A stretch of 64,000 nt of DNA from Atractiella rhizophila (GCA_021432655.1 MU271182.1:186001-250000); one strand, 5' to 3'. Counted from the first letter of the stretch, positions 10,716 to 24,060 are shown. Notes: generated by a model not told the origin, from the sequence alone. Numbers and translations: made by a program.

Positions 10716-13700
10716 TAGGGATGGACATCGAACCCGAAGCGTACTTACGCCGCCGATTCCGATGCAAGAACGAAGCCGATCGAAGCTTCGCGTTCTCTTC
10801 GGTTTACGATTCGACTACGATACGACTCCCAACACCATATCGAACGCCCTCCCATCCAATTTTACGATTCGGTACGATGTACGATTCAGAATGTAGCTTC
10901 GGACGATGAGAATCAAAGGTGCGCACTCCAATATTCTTTTGTTCACTTCCAAACTTGTTCCTACTTGTTCTAAAGTGTAGATTGCAGGCCACCTAGCTAT
11001 ATAAACGGGTCCTTGAGCCCTCTCTCCAATTATAAGGCATTTCCTCGTTATCAACTACAGTCCCACCGCTCCACCAATTATCAATGTCTGCATTGGGGAA
11101 GAGGGTTAGATCCTCTGTTGACCTTGCAAAGAGGAACAATGAGGATGGCACGGCAATTAGCGAGTCGAAGAGGAGGAAGAATGAAGAATCTGAGTGGGGT
11201 GCTCCCTTATGTTTCCTTTCCCGATGTCACTAATCAGCCTCTGAGTAGACACATGAAGATACCTGGATACGATGCATTGAAGATTCTGCATGCTGCATCT
11301 TATACATTGAGGATTGACCGCAACATTGTCAGTGTTCTTTTCTTCCCCTTGTCAGCAGTCGAATTAGCTTAACTCTCTGACACAGCCGGATGGCACCACA
11401 CGTCTCGCTACCATTTGTCAAGGCCTCATGGGTCAAGTGTCATCACTTTTGGAGGACGATGACGAGCCGCTTCACCATGCTTTCTCCGGTTGGATCCCCA
11501 GTCTAGCCGATATAGGGGGAAGACAGGGTCTCGTTGCCTTCCGAGTCCTGTGGGTTGCGCTCATCAACATCGATGAACATTCCATCCCAGTCTATCTGCT
11601 GAATGCACGTAAGGCATCGATTTGCGCCGCTGATTCATGCTGTACTTGCTCAACATGCCCTCGTCGCCGAAATTGGTGTCGATGATCTCGATGGCACTTA
11701 TGACCCTCTGTTGGACAATAGCGGGTCAGCAAGAGATGATGAGCCAGATCCGATTGCAGTGGACATTGATGGGGAGGAGTTAGCAAAATCTCTTGAGCGG
11801 AATAAGAAGATGGACCCAAAGTCTAAAGGAAGACGAACAAGAACTTTGGTTTGTATTTTCTTTCTCCTTCAATCATTGTTTGTATTGACTTATGTGAGCA
11901 GACTGCTGCCAACAATACGACGGCGACCTCGACGTTGAATCCCTCTTTGAGAGAAGTTGTCAACCTTGATGATGAAGAACCGAAAAGCCGTGTATGTGTT
12001 GTACAGCCTTTCTGCACACATTCTCCAACTGATTAACCTGTGTACAACTACCTTCAAAGAAACGCAACCCGGTCTGGCTCTTCTACAAAGAGATCCCCAA
12101 GGCTCTGGCGCATAATGATGTTCAACATGGACATAAGAATGGAACGACATACCTTGGGTGCAACTTCTGTCGTTGGACCGGCCGCATTACCAAATCCAGC
12201 AACGGCAAGCTCACCCATCTTGAGGATCACCTTATCAATGCTCCGACCCACTTTAAACAAACTCGAACCCTCTTCAAAATGATGAAGACGAAAATCATGA
12301 ATGGGATTCCCATCTCAGAGGAAGAGAGGGAGATGGCAACACAGGGTTTGCCGGTGTGTATAGTTCCAACTTGTATTACATTGTATCCTAATAATTCTAT
12401 AGATATCTGATGGTATAGCTGAAGGGGCGAAGAAACAAAAAGATATGGTGGATCATGTAAACACCATGCGTGCACGCTTTGGCGAACAGGTATGTCTTCA
12501 CTGTACTGTGCCTATGCAACTCTGCTCTGACGCTTTTGTCTCTGCAGAGTTTCGATCAAATGAAGTTCGAAAATCTTTTGACAGAGTTCTTTGTTGCAAC
12601 CGATCAGCCCTTCCTGCTCACTGAGAACCCTCAGTTCCGTAACCTTCTTGAATATCTTCAGTATACCTATCCTACTTTAAAACCTGGACAAGACTCTGGC
12701 CCCAACCTTGAGGAAGAAGCTGCTTGGAATACAGATGATGAGGGGGGCACGAGCGAAGGAGAGGAGGCTGAAGCCGAGGTCGACCTAAAGAAGATCAAGA
12801 TACCAAAGAGGAAGGCGTTGAGGGGCAAGGTGATGAAGAAAGGGGATACTCTGTTGGAAGAACTCAAGAAGGAACTGCAGGTTTGCTATTTGATTGACAG
12901 TTAAACATCAATTGCTAACAATTCTTCTATGAATAGGGAGTAGATACCACGATTCATCTTGCACTTGATGCGTGGACCTCCGAAAATGGCTTCTCCTTCC
13001 TTTGCACTACTGGAACCTACATTGATCGTAATTGGGAAGTGAATGAGGTCGTTCTTGATTTTGCAGAGCTTCCGGGATCTCACACTGGGGAGAATATGGC
13101 TGAAGCTGTGTGGAGATGCATCGAGTTCTTTGGAATTGCAAGCAAGGTGACTAGATTTCTTTTGATTTGTCTTCATGTTTCCTTCTCATACATTGTGGAT
13201 GTAGATCGGCTGCATTACCTCTGACAATGCATCTAATAACGACACAATGATGACCTCTCTTGCTCGCAAGTTCACTTCAAAAGGAATCCCCTTCGATGCT
13301 AAGGAACGCCGGATTCGCTGCTTCCCCCATATCATCCATCTTTCTGCCCTCGCCCTCCTTGATTCCCTCGGCATCTGGACCAAGTCAGAACAAGATGACA
13401 AAAAGAAGAAAAGGAGGACAAACTATCAAGACTGTGTTACAGAGAAACTTAGTAGTGTTTATGAAGACGGAAGGGCAGAGTTGGATTACCATGATGAGGA
13501 GCTGGACAGGTTGAAAGGTGCAATCCCTAAAGTAGGTCACTCCGTCACTTCTAATGCAACATACCTGCTGAGCCAATGATGTTCCTCCTGCAGCTGCGCG
13601 CATTCATCCGAGGTATCCGTAGCTCTTCTAATCGGCGTGGCAACTGGTTAGAGGAGCTAGAGAAAGCATTAGCAGAGATTCAGAGTATGTCTAACATGTC

Positions 13701-15025
13701 CTTGAGAATGCTTATTCTTGATGTTCGGACTCGATGGAGTTCCACCCATGAGATGCTCAATCTTGCTGACTCCTACCGGCATGCTATTGAACGCTATTCG
13801 GATCACTACGAGATCGGCGAGGACGAAAGGTTATCTGAGGAGGATTGGGAGGGGATAAGGACTGTCTGTAATTGGCTGAAAGCTTTCCGAGATGCGACCC
13901 TTCAAATGTCAACAACATCGATCCCCTGTCTCTCCTCAACCCTCCGTCAGTACCATGGCTTGCTCAAGCACCTGAAGAAGGCAATCAAGGAGTTTCCGCC
14001 CAACATCTCAAAGGGTTATCGGAGCGGACTTGTTGACGCCTACACAAAGATTGCAGAGTACCACTACCGTTCTGATGACTCTCCATATTATGTCTATGCT
14101 GCTCGTATGTCATCACATTGCACTTTACATGTATGGTCAAGGCTGAAACCTACTTAGTTCTTGATCCTCGGCTTGGACCCAAGTTCTTCGAACGCTCAAT
14201 TTTCAGTCAACCGGAGAAAGCTGCGATAGAGAAGCATAAAGAAAATCTGATTCAACTATTCAAGGACAGATACTTTCCGAAGTATGGCAATGGATCCACA
14301 ACCGAACTGATGCCCACCTCCACTGGCAATGACTCTTACCTCGATAAAGCCTTCAATGATGTTGACAGTGACAGCGACGATGACGATGTGCAACTAGCTG
14401 ACGACACGATGACTGAACTTGAGGCAATGCGTGAGGTCAATTACTACATGACCCATTATCAGCTTCCTAATGGCACCGATATCTTTGAGTGGTACAAAGA
14501 TCAAGCAAAGACACAGCTCCCTGCTTGGTCCCGCATGGCACAAGATATCCTCTCTATTCCAGGTATATACTTTTACTACTCTTTGTGGCAATTGTATTGA
14601 CTTTTCAATTTGCTATCAGGATGTGCTGTTGGAGTCGAACGCATCTTTTCTGGTGCTCGCGACACCATTGGGATCAGACGACACCGTTTGAAGCCTTCAT
14701 CAATCCGTGTCCTCATCCTTACGAAAGCGAAGCTCAGGCTGGATCGGAACAGGGAAAGGAAGAGATTATTGAGAAAGTTGCGGGAGTTGCAGGGAAGCAA
14801 AACTGGGAAGGCGGCAAAATAATGGATTAGTCTTGATATTTCAGTGGAATACAAGTCAAACTGTCCCGTATCTGTCGAACGACCCCGCCGAAGTCGGATC
14901 GGTGGTTATACCGAACGGACTGGATATTGGTTTACGATAGACGATACGATTCGAGTACGATACAAAGAACACCGGTGAACGAAAGTACCCTTTCCGGGTC
15001 CGATACGCTTCGATAGCCATCCCTA
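10716..15025 (+). mobile_element. Full-length hAT DNA transposon
   Basis: TIRs TAGGGATGGacATCGAA and TAGGGATGGctATCGAA (reverse complement at 15009-15025). Perfect 8-bp TSD GTCAGCGA at 10708-10715 and 15026-15033. Subterminal TACGAT repeats at both ends. Confidence 0.95.
11084..14822 (+). CDS. hAT transposase (multi-exon; BED finger, DDE core, dimerisation domain)
   Basis: BED-like VWLFY...CNFC...HL...H (~12070-12250). Core motifs LALDAW, ITSDNASNND, RIRCFPHIIHL, DVRTRWSSTHEML, MAQDILSIPG/CAVGVERIFS. TATA-like TATATAAA at ~10998. The 5' exon structure is tentative. Confidence 0.88.
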
Positions 15026-17733
15026 GTCAGCGAACGCCTCAGTTTTAACCGTTCAGGCTCGATGTGACCCGGAGACAGGGGCACCCCCAGCGCCGTGTTC
15101 ACTACATGTGTCGCCCGTTGAAACAGTGCAGTTGAGAGCCGATGCTTCAGGCGTAGAAACTCTGATGTCTTTTCAAAATGCCGCAGGATTGGTAAAGGGT
15201 TTGACAGGCATAACATGCTCCTTAGCAGGACATGTTCAAGGTTTGGGTATTGTTCACGGGATTGAAACAGTGCGTGCTGATCCTCGTGGGCCTCAAACTG
15301 TTGAATATTTGCCTCAGCTTTCTGCATGAGATGGTATGAAAGAGGCAGCAAATTCGAAGCTTGAACCATCGAAAATGGTGATTCGGAACGAGAGTCACGG
15401 TCGTTGACGTATTCGCGAATAGGAGCTAGCATACGGAGAGTGCCTTCGAGGCCATTGGCAACCCCAATCTTCGAAATTACACCGATAACCTTGAAGATAC
15501 CCTTATGCTCATAAGAACTGGATAGGAGTGCTGACAAATCGTGGTAGGATAAACCGCCAGGCACACATGGCAGGAGGGCAAGCACAAAAAAACCACCCTC
15601 CACCTCCTTGCACAGAACCGGAGAATCGAGGGAGAACGATATAGAGTTTTGAGCGTGATAGCGGCTTTGCTGTCCTCATCCCATAAAATGCTAGTCTTTT
15701 TCTCTTACCACTCGCCTACTAATTCCTCGAGTGTCATGGTTTGGATCCTCGGTGGCCCGTAGAGCAAATAGCTTGATGGACAAAGCATGGAAGTCCAGCT
15801 ATTGAACTAGGCTTCTGACCAGCAGATGTGAGAACTCATCTTCTCGCTGATATGAATCTGCAAAGAGTTCCAGCGCACCGTCTTTCGGCAAACGTCCAAC
15901 TGAGACCTTGACAAACTTCACCCACGCCTCCTCCTTCATAGGCGCCAGCTTCTTCACGCTTCTGCTTGATCTCCCCCAATGGGCCACGACGAGCACTGAC
16001 CCACCTGAGTTGTTTGAAAGAAGTGTTCGAAAGAATGTCTCCTTTGTTGTCGTTGTCAGCACGTAGTGGAGTTTCAAAGTTATCCAAAACAAGAAGACAT
16101 TTTCGACTTCCGAAGTAGGTGGCCTCATTCTCCAGTGGGGTCTTGCTAGACTGAGCCAGCGCGAAGAGATAATTGCAAATGTGATCTGAAAGCCTGGCAA
16201 AGTCGTCAAAGTTGTCGCAGCGAACCTGAAAGCGGAGATCTTCTCGAGTGTCTGCTGCGAAGGCCCGCTTGATCGCTTGATCTCCTCTGCGTGCAATGTG
16301 TCGAGTGCAACGGTGGATTTTCATTTCCAGCTCCACCAACAAATCGCGACGTGACGGCCACTAAGGATAGCTTCTCTCGCAAGTTGGATCTCAGCCTCTC
16401 GCCCAAAGCAAGACCCTGGAGGCGGTAACGGAAACCTTCGACGAACTGCAATCCGTTCAGTGCACATTATCAGAACATAAACATAGTAACGAAACGGGAG
16501 GTGAGGGATCATACCTTGTACGAGATGGTCAGCAGCATGACGAGCTTCATGACCCATGGTGTCCATATACGCCTTTCGTACGGCCGACCAGGACCTGAGT
16601 TCGCTCCCACTCCTCCCACTTGATGCTTCCCAACGTATGGACGGAAAAACAATGGTAGCGATGACCCAGAGGTTGTTCTTGCATCATCATTTTCACCTGA
16701 TTCGCCACGCGGGAGCAATCCTCGACGATGGCCTTCACAGCCTGCTCAATCTGAGCCATCGTACGACCTAATGAGACAGCCTGAGCAAGGCCTGAACCCA
16801 AAGATACGAGACAGGCAACTTGGCTTCTTTCTCCCCAAATCCTCTTTGACTCGTCAATCCCTAATGCTGCTGGGTTATTGTTTCCCATGGCGACATATTT
16901 CGTGTGTCGATGACGATAGGAGGGAAGAAGTCAGGATCAGAGGAGGTTGCTCTTGCTGCCTTCCACACTACACATTGAGCAGCAAAGCGAGCCGCATGGG
17001 GGACGTCGTACGTGCGCATCTCTGTCGAAACGACGGCATCTGATTCGTATCTTGAGACGATGAATGTTTGCAGCGATCTGCAATCTTGTCATCCTTCATG
17101 GGAAGACGGGACGACGGCACAGATGATGAAGCATGTCGAGCAATGATGCCGTGGAAGACTGCTCCGAGATTGGAGTTTCTTCGGAAAAGACTTTGGCCAC
17201 GATCTGTTCGCCGCACGGATGCATTCTTGAACGGTCATTCCCAATCGTCCAAGCATGAGGGCAATCCATCCTCCCGTAGAAGTGCCACAAATGAGATCGA
17301 AAACATCGCAGGGTCGAACCTCTTCTCCCTCGGGAACGCCGAGGAGATTTCCAATTTGGAGCATGTAAAGTGTGGAAAAGGTACAGATGCCGCCGTTGTC
17401 AATAGCGAGGATTCGGACGCCTTGGTCGTTCGTCTTCTTGACATCGCCGAGGACTTGTAAAATCTTGACGGCTTGAACTTGGGAGCGGCTGGGGGATGAG
17501 AAAAGTGTTGGAGTAGCAGCTCTGGAGGCAATGCGCGATGCGGTACGCGATAGGAAGCCAAGTTGTGGGCCAAAAATTGTCGGTTTGGCAGTCAGGAAAC
17601 GGCTGGGTTGAGTACAGCTGCAATATTGAAAGATTTTGAACTCCGACGCCTTGATTAGACTATGGAACTTGTCACGAACCGGCGGTGAATGCGTTGTCGT
17701 CATCAGATACAGATAAATTCCCAGGGTCTTCAT
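15026..17733 (-). pseudogene. Patatin-like phospholipase - NB-ARC/STAND - TPR NLR-like gene, frameshifted and hAT-interrupted
   Basis: Patatin: VRILAIDNGG, RPCDVFDLICGTSTGGWIALMLGRL, NNNP, CLVSLGSG. NTPase: FGREAEI, a degenerate Walker A at ~16340 (GGAG...) and Walker B LLVLDNFETPL. A helical region follows and leads into TPR. The 5' start is uncertain. Confidence 0.85.
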
Positions 17734-18815
17734 CGTCGCTGGGATTTAATGAAGAAGGTTTAGGGGTCTTTCTGAAGGCTGAGGCGTCCATCGCCTAGAG
17801 CACGATGACAATTGACCGAGAACTCCTTGTTGAACGTGAGATACGAAACTGAGGAAATAGGTCAGATCTGGACTAGAGCTACGAGGAGGGAGGGCAGCGA
17901 AAGAAGCGGAAGAAGACACAAGGCAGTAGAGCCGCATTCCGATTCAAAGATCCACACGCCATGGAAGAACATCCCTTACGAACGTGAGAACATAAGGATA
18001 AGAAGGGGAGGTCAACTTAGCAACTGGAACCATTTGTCAACTTGCAAGACGGTGGACCGAACGCTAGGAACAAGAAAGATGTCGCGATGAACCAACTTGC
18101 CTAAGAATTGCAGTTGTGGATATGTGTTTGAGTTGAGTCAATGGAGATATGAAGGTTGCACAACTTGAATATATTGACAAGAGAGAACACATCTTTTATC
18201 TCATCGTCGACAGGGCAAGAGTCAACAACGACTCACATGCGAGACTTTCTTCGACCGATCGCGTAGTAGCAACCAACTGCTGGCACTTGACACTCAACGC
18301 GCAAAATCCAGGAACAATTTGCTCTCCCTGACAGCATGAGAGAGATGCAGAGAGGGTTCGTCGGTTGATGTAGACAAGGCTCGATTCTCGAAAACCCTCG
18401 TCCACCTGATGTTCAATATTGATGGCTATGAGACATTCCGCGTTCCGCGGTCATTTTTGGGCGGATGCATCAAAAGTGCCCCGAATTCAAACGGACATTC
18501 TCATGAACAAGCTTCGCCATTCTCAACCCTGAGGATCGAACTTTGTACTTTGTTTGAGAGACGGAATCGTCGAGTTAAAAACTGGTCGACCATCAAAATT
18601 AGTCCTGAATTGGAAGGGCGATCTTGACCTGATTCGTAACGCGGATCCGGGGCCATCATCCCAGCAGCGAATTCCAACCCTCTTGCCCTTGCTCCACCCT
18701 CCCTGTCGCTTCTGTCATCATGCAAGCAACAGATGACACAAGCGAACGAAACTCCAGAAAACGTAAGGGCTAATTGGAGGTGTGTCTGTCACCATCCAAT
18801 TGCGATTTTCCGTGA

Positions 18816-21800
18816 CAAGTGTGTCAGTGCCCTCGTCCCTTTGCCCTCGTCCCTCGGGCATCCTCCCCCCCGCCAGGGGCTTCGCCCCTTGGACCCCAGC
18901 CTCTGGCGGCCACTGCGTGGAGCTCTTGCCTCTGGCAGCCACTGCGTGGGGCCTCGCCTTCGGCGAGCACAGACTCACCATATGTACTCTACTGTCTTCA
19001 AAAAAAAAAACAATGAAAGCTGAGTGGTCTCCTCGTACCTCGGAGAACCACTTCAGCTTTTGACTATACTGTTAGGAACATGCTGTGAGATGATCAGTGA
19101 TTGAGTACTTGTAACACTTCCTTGTAAACTACATTATCTGTTTGCTTGTTTTCCTCTCCTTGCTTTGTTTTGACCAATACTCGCAAATTGTTTGCATTTG
19201 AAACCCGTGAAAGACCAACATAAAGCTGCCCATGAGAGAAAGGAGAAGACTCTAAGTACAAACCCACATGTCCAACAGATTGTCCTTGCACTTTATTCAG
19301 AGTTAAGGCAAACGCTAAGCGCACAGGGAATTGAAAGCGCCGGAATTGAAAAGGAAGCTGGTTTGACACTGCACTGTCAATGCCAATTCAAGGAATGAGA
19401 ACTGATTCGCCACTGTGTGTACCTGTAATGATGGTTGCTTTGATGACTCGTCGGAGAAGCTGAGTGACAATGAGCCACGTGCCGTTGCACAGGCCAGCAG
19501 ATGGATTGAGATTTCGCAGAAGAATGATGGGTGCAAACGATGCGAAGGGAATCCAGAGATCTCCAGGGTATTCAGGTACTCAACAGAGAAGCGGTTTCTG
19601 AGATCTCCCTCGTCATCTATAATTTGATCTGCACTATAATATACCCGATCTCCTATGGATTCGAGCCACTGAATCAAGTGATCGTTGATGCCATCCACAT
19701 GATGTGGGCATGTGGTAGACCTCTCTTCTGACATTCAATGACCTAGACATATCTGATAACCCTTCCAAAGATCTGTCGTACCACTAAATCCTTGATGTAC
19801 TCTAGAGCCTTCAGTCAAAAAACCCTTGAAACCAAATCTGGTCGATCCTCTGGTTTTTGTCCTGGTAGGAGGGCTTCCGTGATCTCTGCCCAATGTGGGT
19901 TGTAAGTGAAGGTTGAAAAGATATTTGGGGGTCCTTTGGCACCAACTATAGTCATTGCATCCTGGAACAGCTGATTCATTGAACGTGGACTGCCAGTGAA
20001 ACTTGATGGTAATATAGTCCGCCTCCCGATATCTTCTAAAGAATAGCCTTCTGCAAGGGCATCCGTAAGACCTTGATACACCTCGGCTCGAAGAATAGAC
20101 TTGATTGAACCGCAGATAGCGGAGTCGATTCACCTCAATTTGAGCATAAGCATCAACTACCAATTCTTGCAGTAGCCGACCACCGTTGAGAGGGAGTGAG
20201 AATATATCATTTCGTTGATGCAATATGTAAGAATAGAACTCCATTTGGCTGACACGTTGTCGAACCCCAGAATTACCAACTTGCATGCCGTCACCATTGA
20301 AGTGCTCCCGCTCGCGAGGAGGAAGATCTGCAGGCAGGTCTCGATACGGAATCTGCGGATGCCATCCTTGGTCCCCATATGGAAACAGAAGAGGAAAACG
20401 AAGTGGAAGATAATTTGAGTTGAGCTCATTCACACGCTGTAAGTTGCTACTGGTCCTGGTTGGCCTGAGATGGATGACAATATCTCTGGCCACTCCATAT
20501 TCTTCTCTGTTACCGTCTCCTAACATCACTACAGCAACTTCACTGGCTACAGGAATGTTGTAGCGTCTTGGGTCCCTATCTCGTGGGGCGACTGTGCGAA
20601 GATGTAGTGTTGTAGTGGGATCCTGTTCCATTCTTTCTTTTGCAAATTTGTAGATCCTGGGATATGGGTTGACATGGAAGAGCATAGCCTGAAGTTCTTC
20701 AAGCATAGCACGACTCAGTGAGACTGAAGAGTTCCCAACTCTTCGTTCAATCTGTACACCTGAATCTGTAATGTAGACCTGTGCAAATGTTTCACACCCT
20801 TCTTGTTGTGGTAAAAGAGTGCCAATAAGGTGGCACAGCTCTCCCTGAATTTTGAAGGAGTAAGGACCATGTCCAGGAATTGATACCTGACGGACGCCTA
20901 AGGATGTAAATGCAAAAGCATTATTGAATATCCTGATATGCTCTCGAAATGCCATTGACTCTATAATGATTGTTCCTCTCAGATATGTATATGCAAAAAA
21001 TTGAATAGAAATACTTACCTGTTGTATTGTCATGTGTAAAAAGCTTTCGTAGCTCTTCAGGTGGAGGCGGAGGGTCAGGTAGCAGCACCTTGCTGTGGAG
21101 ACAGCACAATGCAAACTTTGGATTTCATTGTGGGCTGTTAACGATCTTCTCTTCCATCCAATGAAAGGCTTTGCAATGTGTACAAAGTAATCCCCAAGTA
21201 GAGAGGTGGTGTGCCTCAAGATCCATATCAGGTGAGTAGTTGAATGCAGGATAGTGATGTTGCCTTATTTCGCCTCACAACAACGGGATTAATGCCCTAT
21301 CCTCATCACTGTCCACACCATCAGGATCAGGAGAGGATGGGTATGATCGGGTTTCTTCTTCACTGTACTCCTCAGCGGAGGGTGAATGCTGTCTCCAATG
21401 TCGTCGAGCTCGCCATGATGATATAGATAGTAAAGAGCTTCGACGCTGCCGCTGACACTGACATGGAGCCCTAGTTGATCTTGTCTCATGTTGAGATGGA
21501 GTAGATGGAGTAGGATTAAAACGTGCAGGGCGTTGCCTCTCTCTTACAGGTCGACCTTGGTATAGTGGTGCCTCCTGCTGCAGACATTGATGCCGTTTGG
21601 ATCGACGCTCTCGATTTCTTGTTTGATTTCTCTGAATTGCACATGGCATGGGAGTGTAGCTTGCTGCACATAACAAAATGATATGAGTGAAGAATATATA
21701 AGCCAGAGTCCACACACCTATGCTTTTTTTGCTTGATTTGATTTGAAGCTAACAGGCTGAGGGATACTATGGTAGACTGTTAGGAAGCATATTTGTGGTG

Positions 21801-22423
21801 AAAGAAACTGTTTCACTTGCATGAATGCTTGCTCACTTTCCCTCATAGTTGGCAAACAACAGTTTTTGGTGCATGACATGAGAAGTCTCAGAAAGCTCTG
21901 AAGAAATTGCGGGCACGCAGTTTGCACACAATAGGATTTGGCAGTGACAAAATGTGACAGGACTGAAAATCGAACCCACACCAACACCAATCAGTCAAGG
22001 CTCAGCTCAACCATATACCAACTACACCATCGCGCAAACTCTGTACATTGCTGCCTTATTTGAGTAGGTAAAGAAATTTTTGTCAAAGTGCCGAAGTCAG
22101 TCACTTGACTCAGTCATGGAATACAACTATTTTTTAACCTTTATTGTATACTGTTGGAAAGGCGCTGACACGCGTATTCTGGTGGTATGCTCAGAATTTT
22201 GATGGGGTTGTTGTGGACCAAGAAGTCAATTGAGTCAGTAAGGAAAACATTTTTTTTTTCGTCTTTCAAATAGGCTTTGTTGTATACGGTTCGAAAGGCG
22301 CCGACACGCGTATTCTGTTGGTATGCTCAGAGTACTGGCAGGGTTGTTGTGGGTGGTGAGAGAAGTGCTCAAAAGTACATGCGTGAGTCATGCTAAAAAC
22401 CCGTCGTGCTTTATATATAAGGA
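18816..22423 (-). mobile_element. Helitron copy A (internally deleted, non-autonomous; same family as copy B)
   Basis: 5' TCCTTATATATAAAGC preceded by A and 3' hairpin + CTGACACACTTG followed by T. It retains Rep N-terminal and Pif1 C-terminal fragments (QFPVRLAFALTLNKVQGQS, FSHGQLYVGLSR). Deletion junction at 19700/19701. Confidence 0.92.
22145..22355. repeat. ~136-bp tandem duplication inside the 5' region of Helitron A
   Basis: TGTATAC...GACACGCGTATTCTG...GGTATGCTCAGA...GGGTTGTTGTGG occurs at 22145 and 22281. Helitron B has a single copy. Confidence 0.8.
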
Positions 22424-24060
22424 TTCACCGAAGAAAGCTTTTCGGAAGGTGGCCTGCCGCTAAAATCAGCAGGCGACCTTCCGGTTACGAGCATGTTACC
22501 TGCTGAAACTCCATCAGGCGACCTGATTGCGACGATTTGTCCAATCATCAGGTCGCCTGCTGCCAGCCATCAGCTATATTGCAAGAACTTGATGGCTGGT
22601 GGCAGGGGACCTGTGCGTACCTGATGGTAGAATCCTGCACTGGCTACAGCTCCTCCCTTCCCCAGCTTCTTTACACCTCTTACATGCACTGGGACACCTG
22701 TGAGGATTATGTTGGGATTACGAATGCATTGTACTATTTAGTGTCACATAAACATGGTAACTCATCCTTATCAGACAAAAAATTTATTCCGCAGCTGACT
22801 CATGAATCAGCTTCATCCTGATGTAGTAGAGATTACTCACAAATCATACTTGCAAACATACTAAGTTATTTCCCTAACTCACAAGCAATTAGCATGGCCA
22901 GAAATCACTCAAGCAAAGGAAAAGCATACCTTCGGAGCAGGTGAAAAGATACCTAACAAAGTTCCATCTCATCAGTCTCCGGTGCAATGTGGAACCAAGA
23001 AAAGAACAAACGAAAAAGATACTTACATTAACCGTCAGAACTGCCACGATCTTTCCCTTCCAAGAGCATAATCGAGCCTTTCTTCCACATCATTAAGTAG
23101 CAATAACACAGGCATGCATCTTCAAGCTATCACACCGCTGATGTGGAGGACCTCGCATTTGAGCGTTCAAGGCAGGGCGTGTTGTCTTGCTGTCCCCCAA
23201 TACATTAGAAGGCAGAACAAAGCTGTCTTTTGAACATTCATAGAAGGAACCCTATATTAACTTGTTGGTCTCATCGGAATTCTCCTCACCTAGAATGATG
23301 CAAGTCGAAGCATTGTCGCCAAACCACTGTTTTCGAAGCTGGGTGCCACCCAATTTTCCTGTTCCTCCCTACCACTAACGAGCATATGACGCACCTTTAG
23401 CGGTTTCCCACCTCACTCTGTCGTTGGGCATCTTCTCCTGCTTGGCACAAAGCCCCATATCCTTCTTTATTCACTTTCGCCAGTAGTGGTCCATTACAAA
23501 GCGAATTTCACAGCAGACACATCAGAGCACCTGAGAGGCATTATGGAGTGGGTGCATGACTTGGAGAGGTACGATTGTGGCGTATTCGTTGGATTGGATC
23601 ATCGATGTCGTTTAGGTGCCCAAAACCTACCCTAACCCTACTACCTCACGACCTTCGCCAAAGGAAAAATGCTAAGTCCAAACCTGCATGTTGGTGGTAA
23701 GCAGGGAACCTGACGGCAAAATAGAGTTCCTGCGTGTAGCCATCAGGTCACCTGCCGAAAGAGTTTCCACGGTGGATTAGTGGTTGTGCAGTGTTGTCTG
23801 CATGGTATGCGATTAACGTACCTGGGTAGCAACTGCTGATTGAGGACCTAGGAGTGTATAGGGGGAAAACTTGCATGTGATAATGTATCTGGTTTTGTAT
23901 GCAGTGGTAGGGAACTGATCTGCTTTCACAGACCATACCTTGCAGACACTGCCGTGCAAAGTGAGCGATCCTTCCGAACTCTCCATATGCTGAGTTAGCT
24001 TGTAGGAGGGTTGTCGCAAGCAGCGTAGAGCAAGCAACGATCCTCCCCCTGCTTCCTCCC

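Noticed and set aside
18718..19063. Small ORFs overlapping the GC-rich module (also at 46058-46340 and 61783-62135)
   Set aside because: Spurious translations of the Helitron 3' hairpin module.
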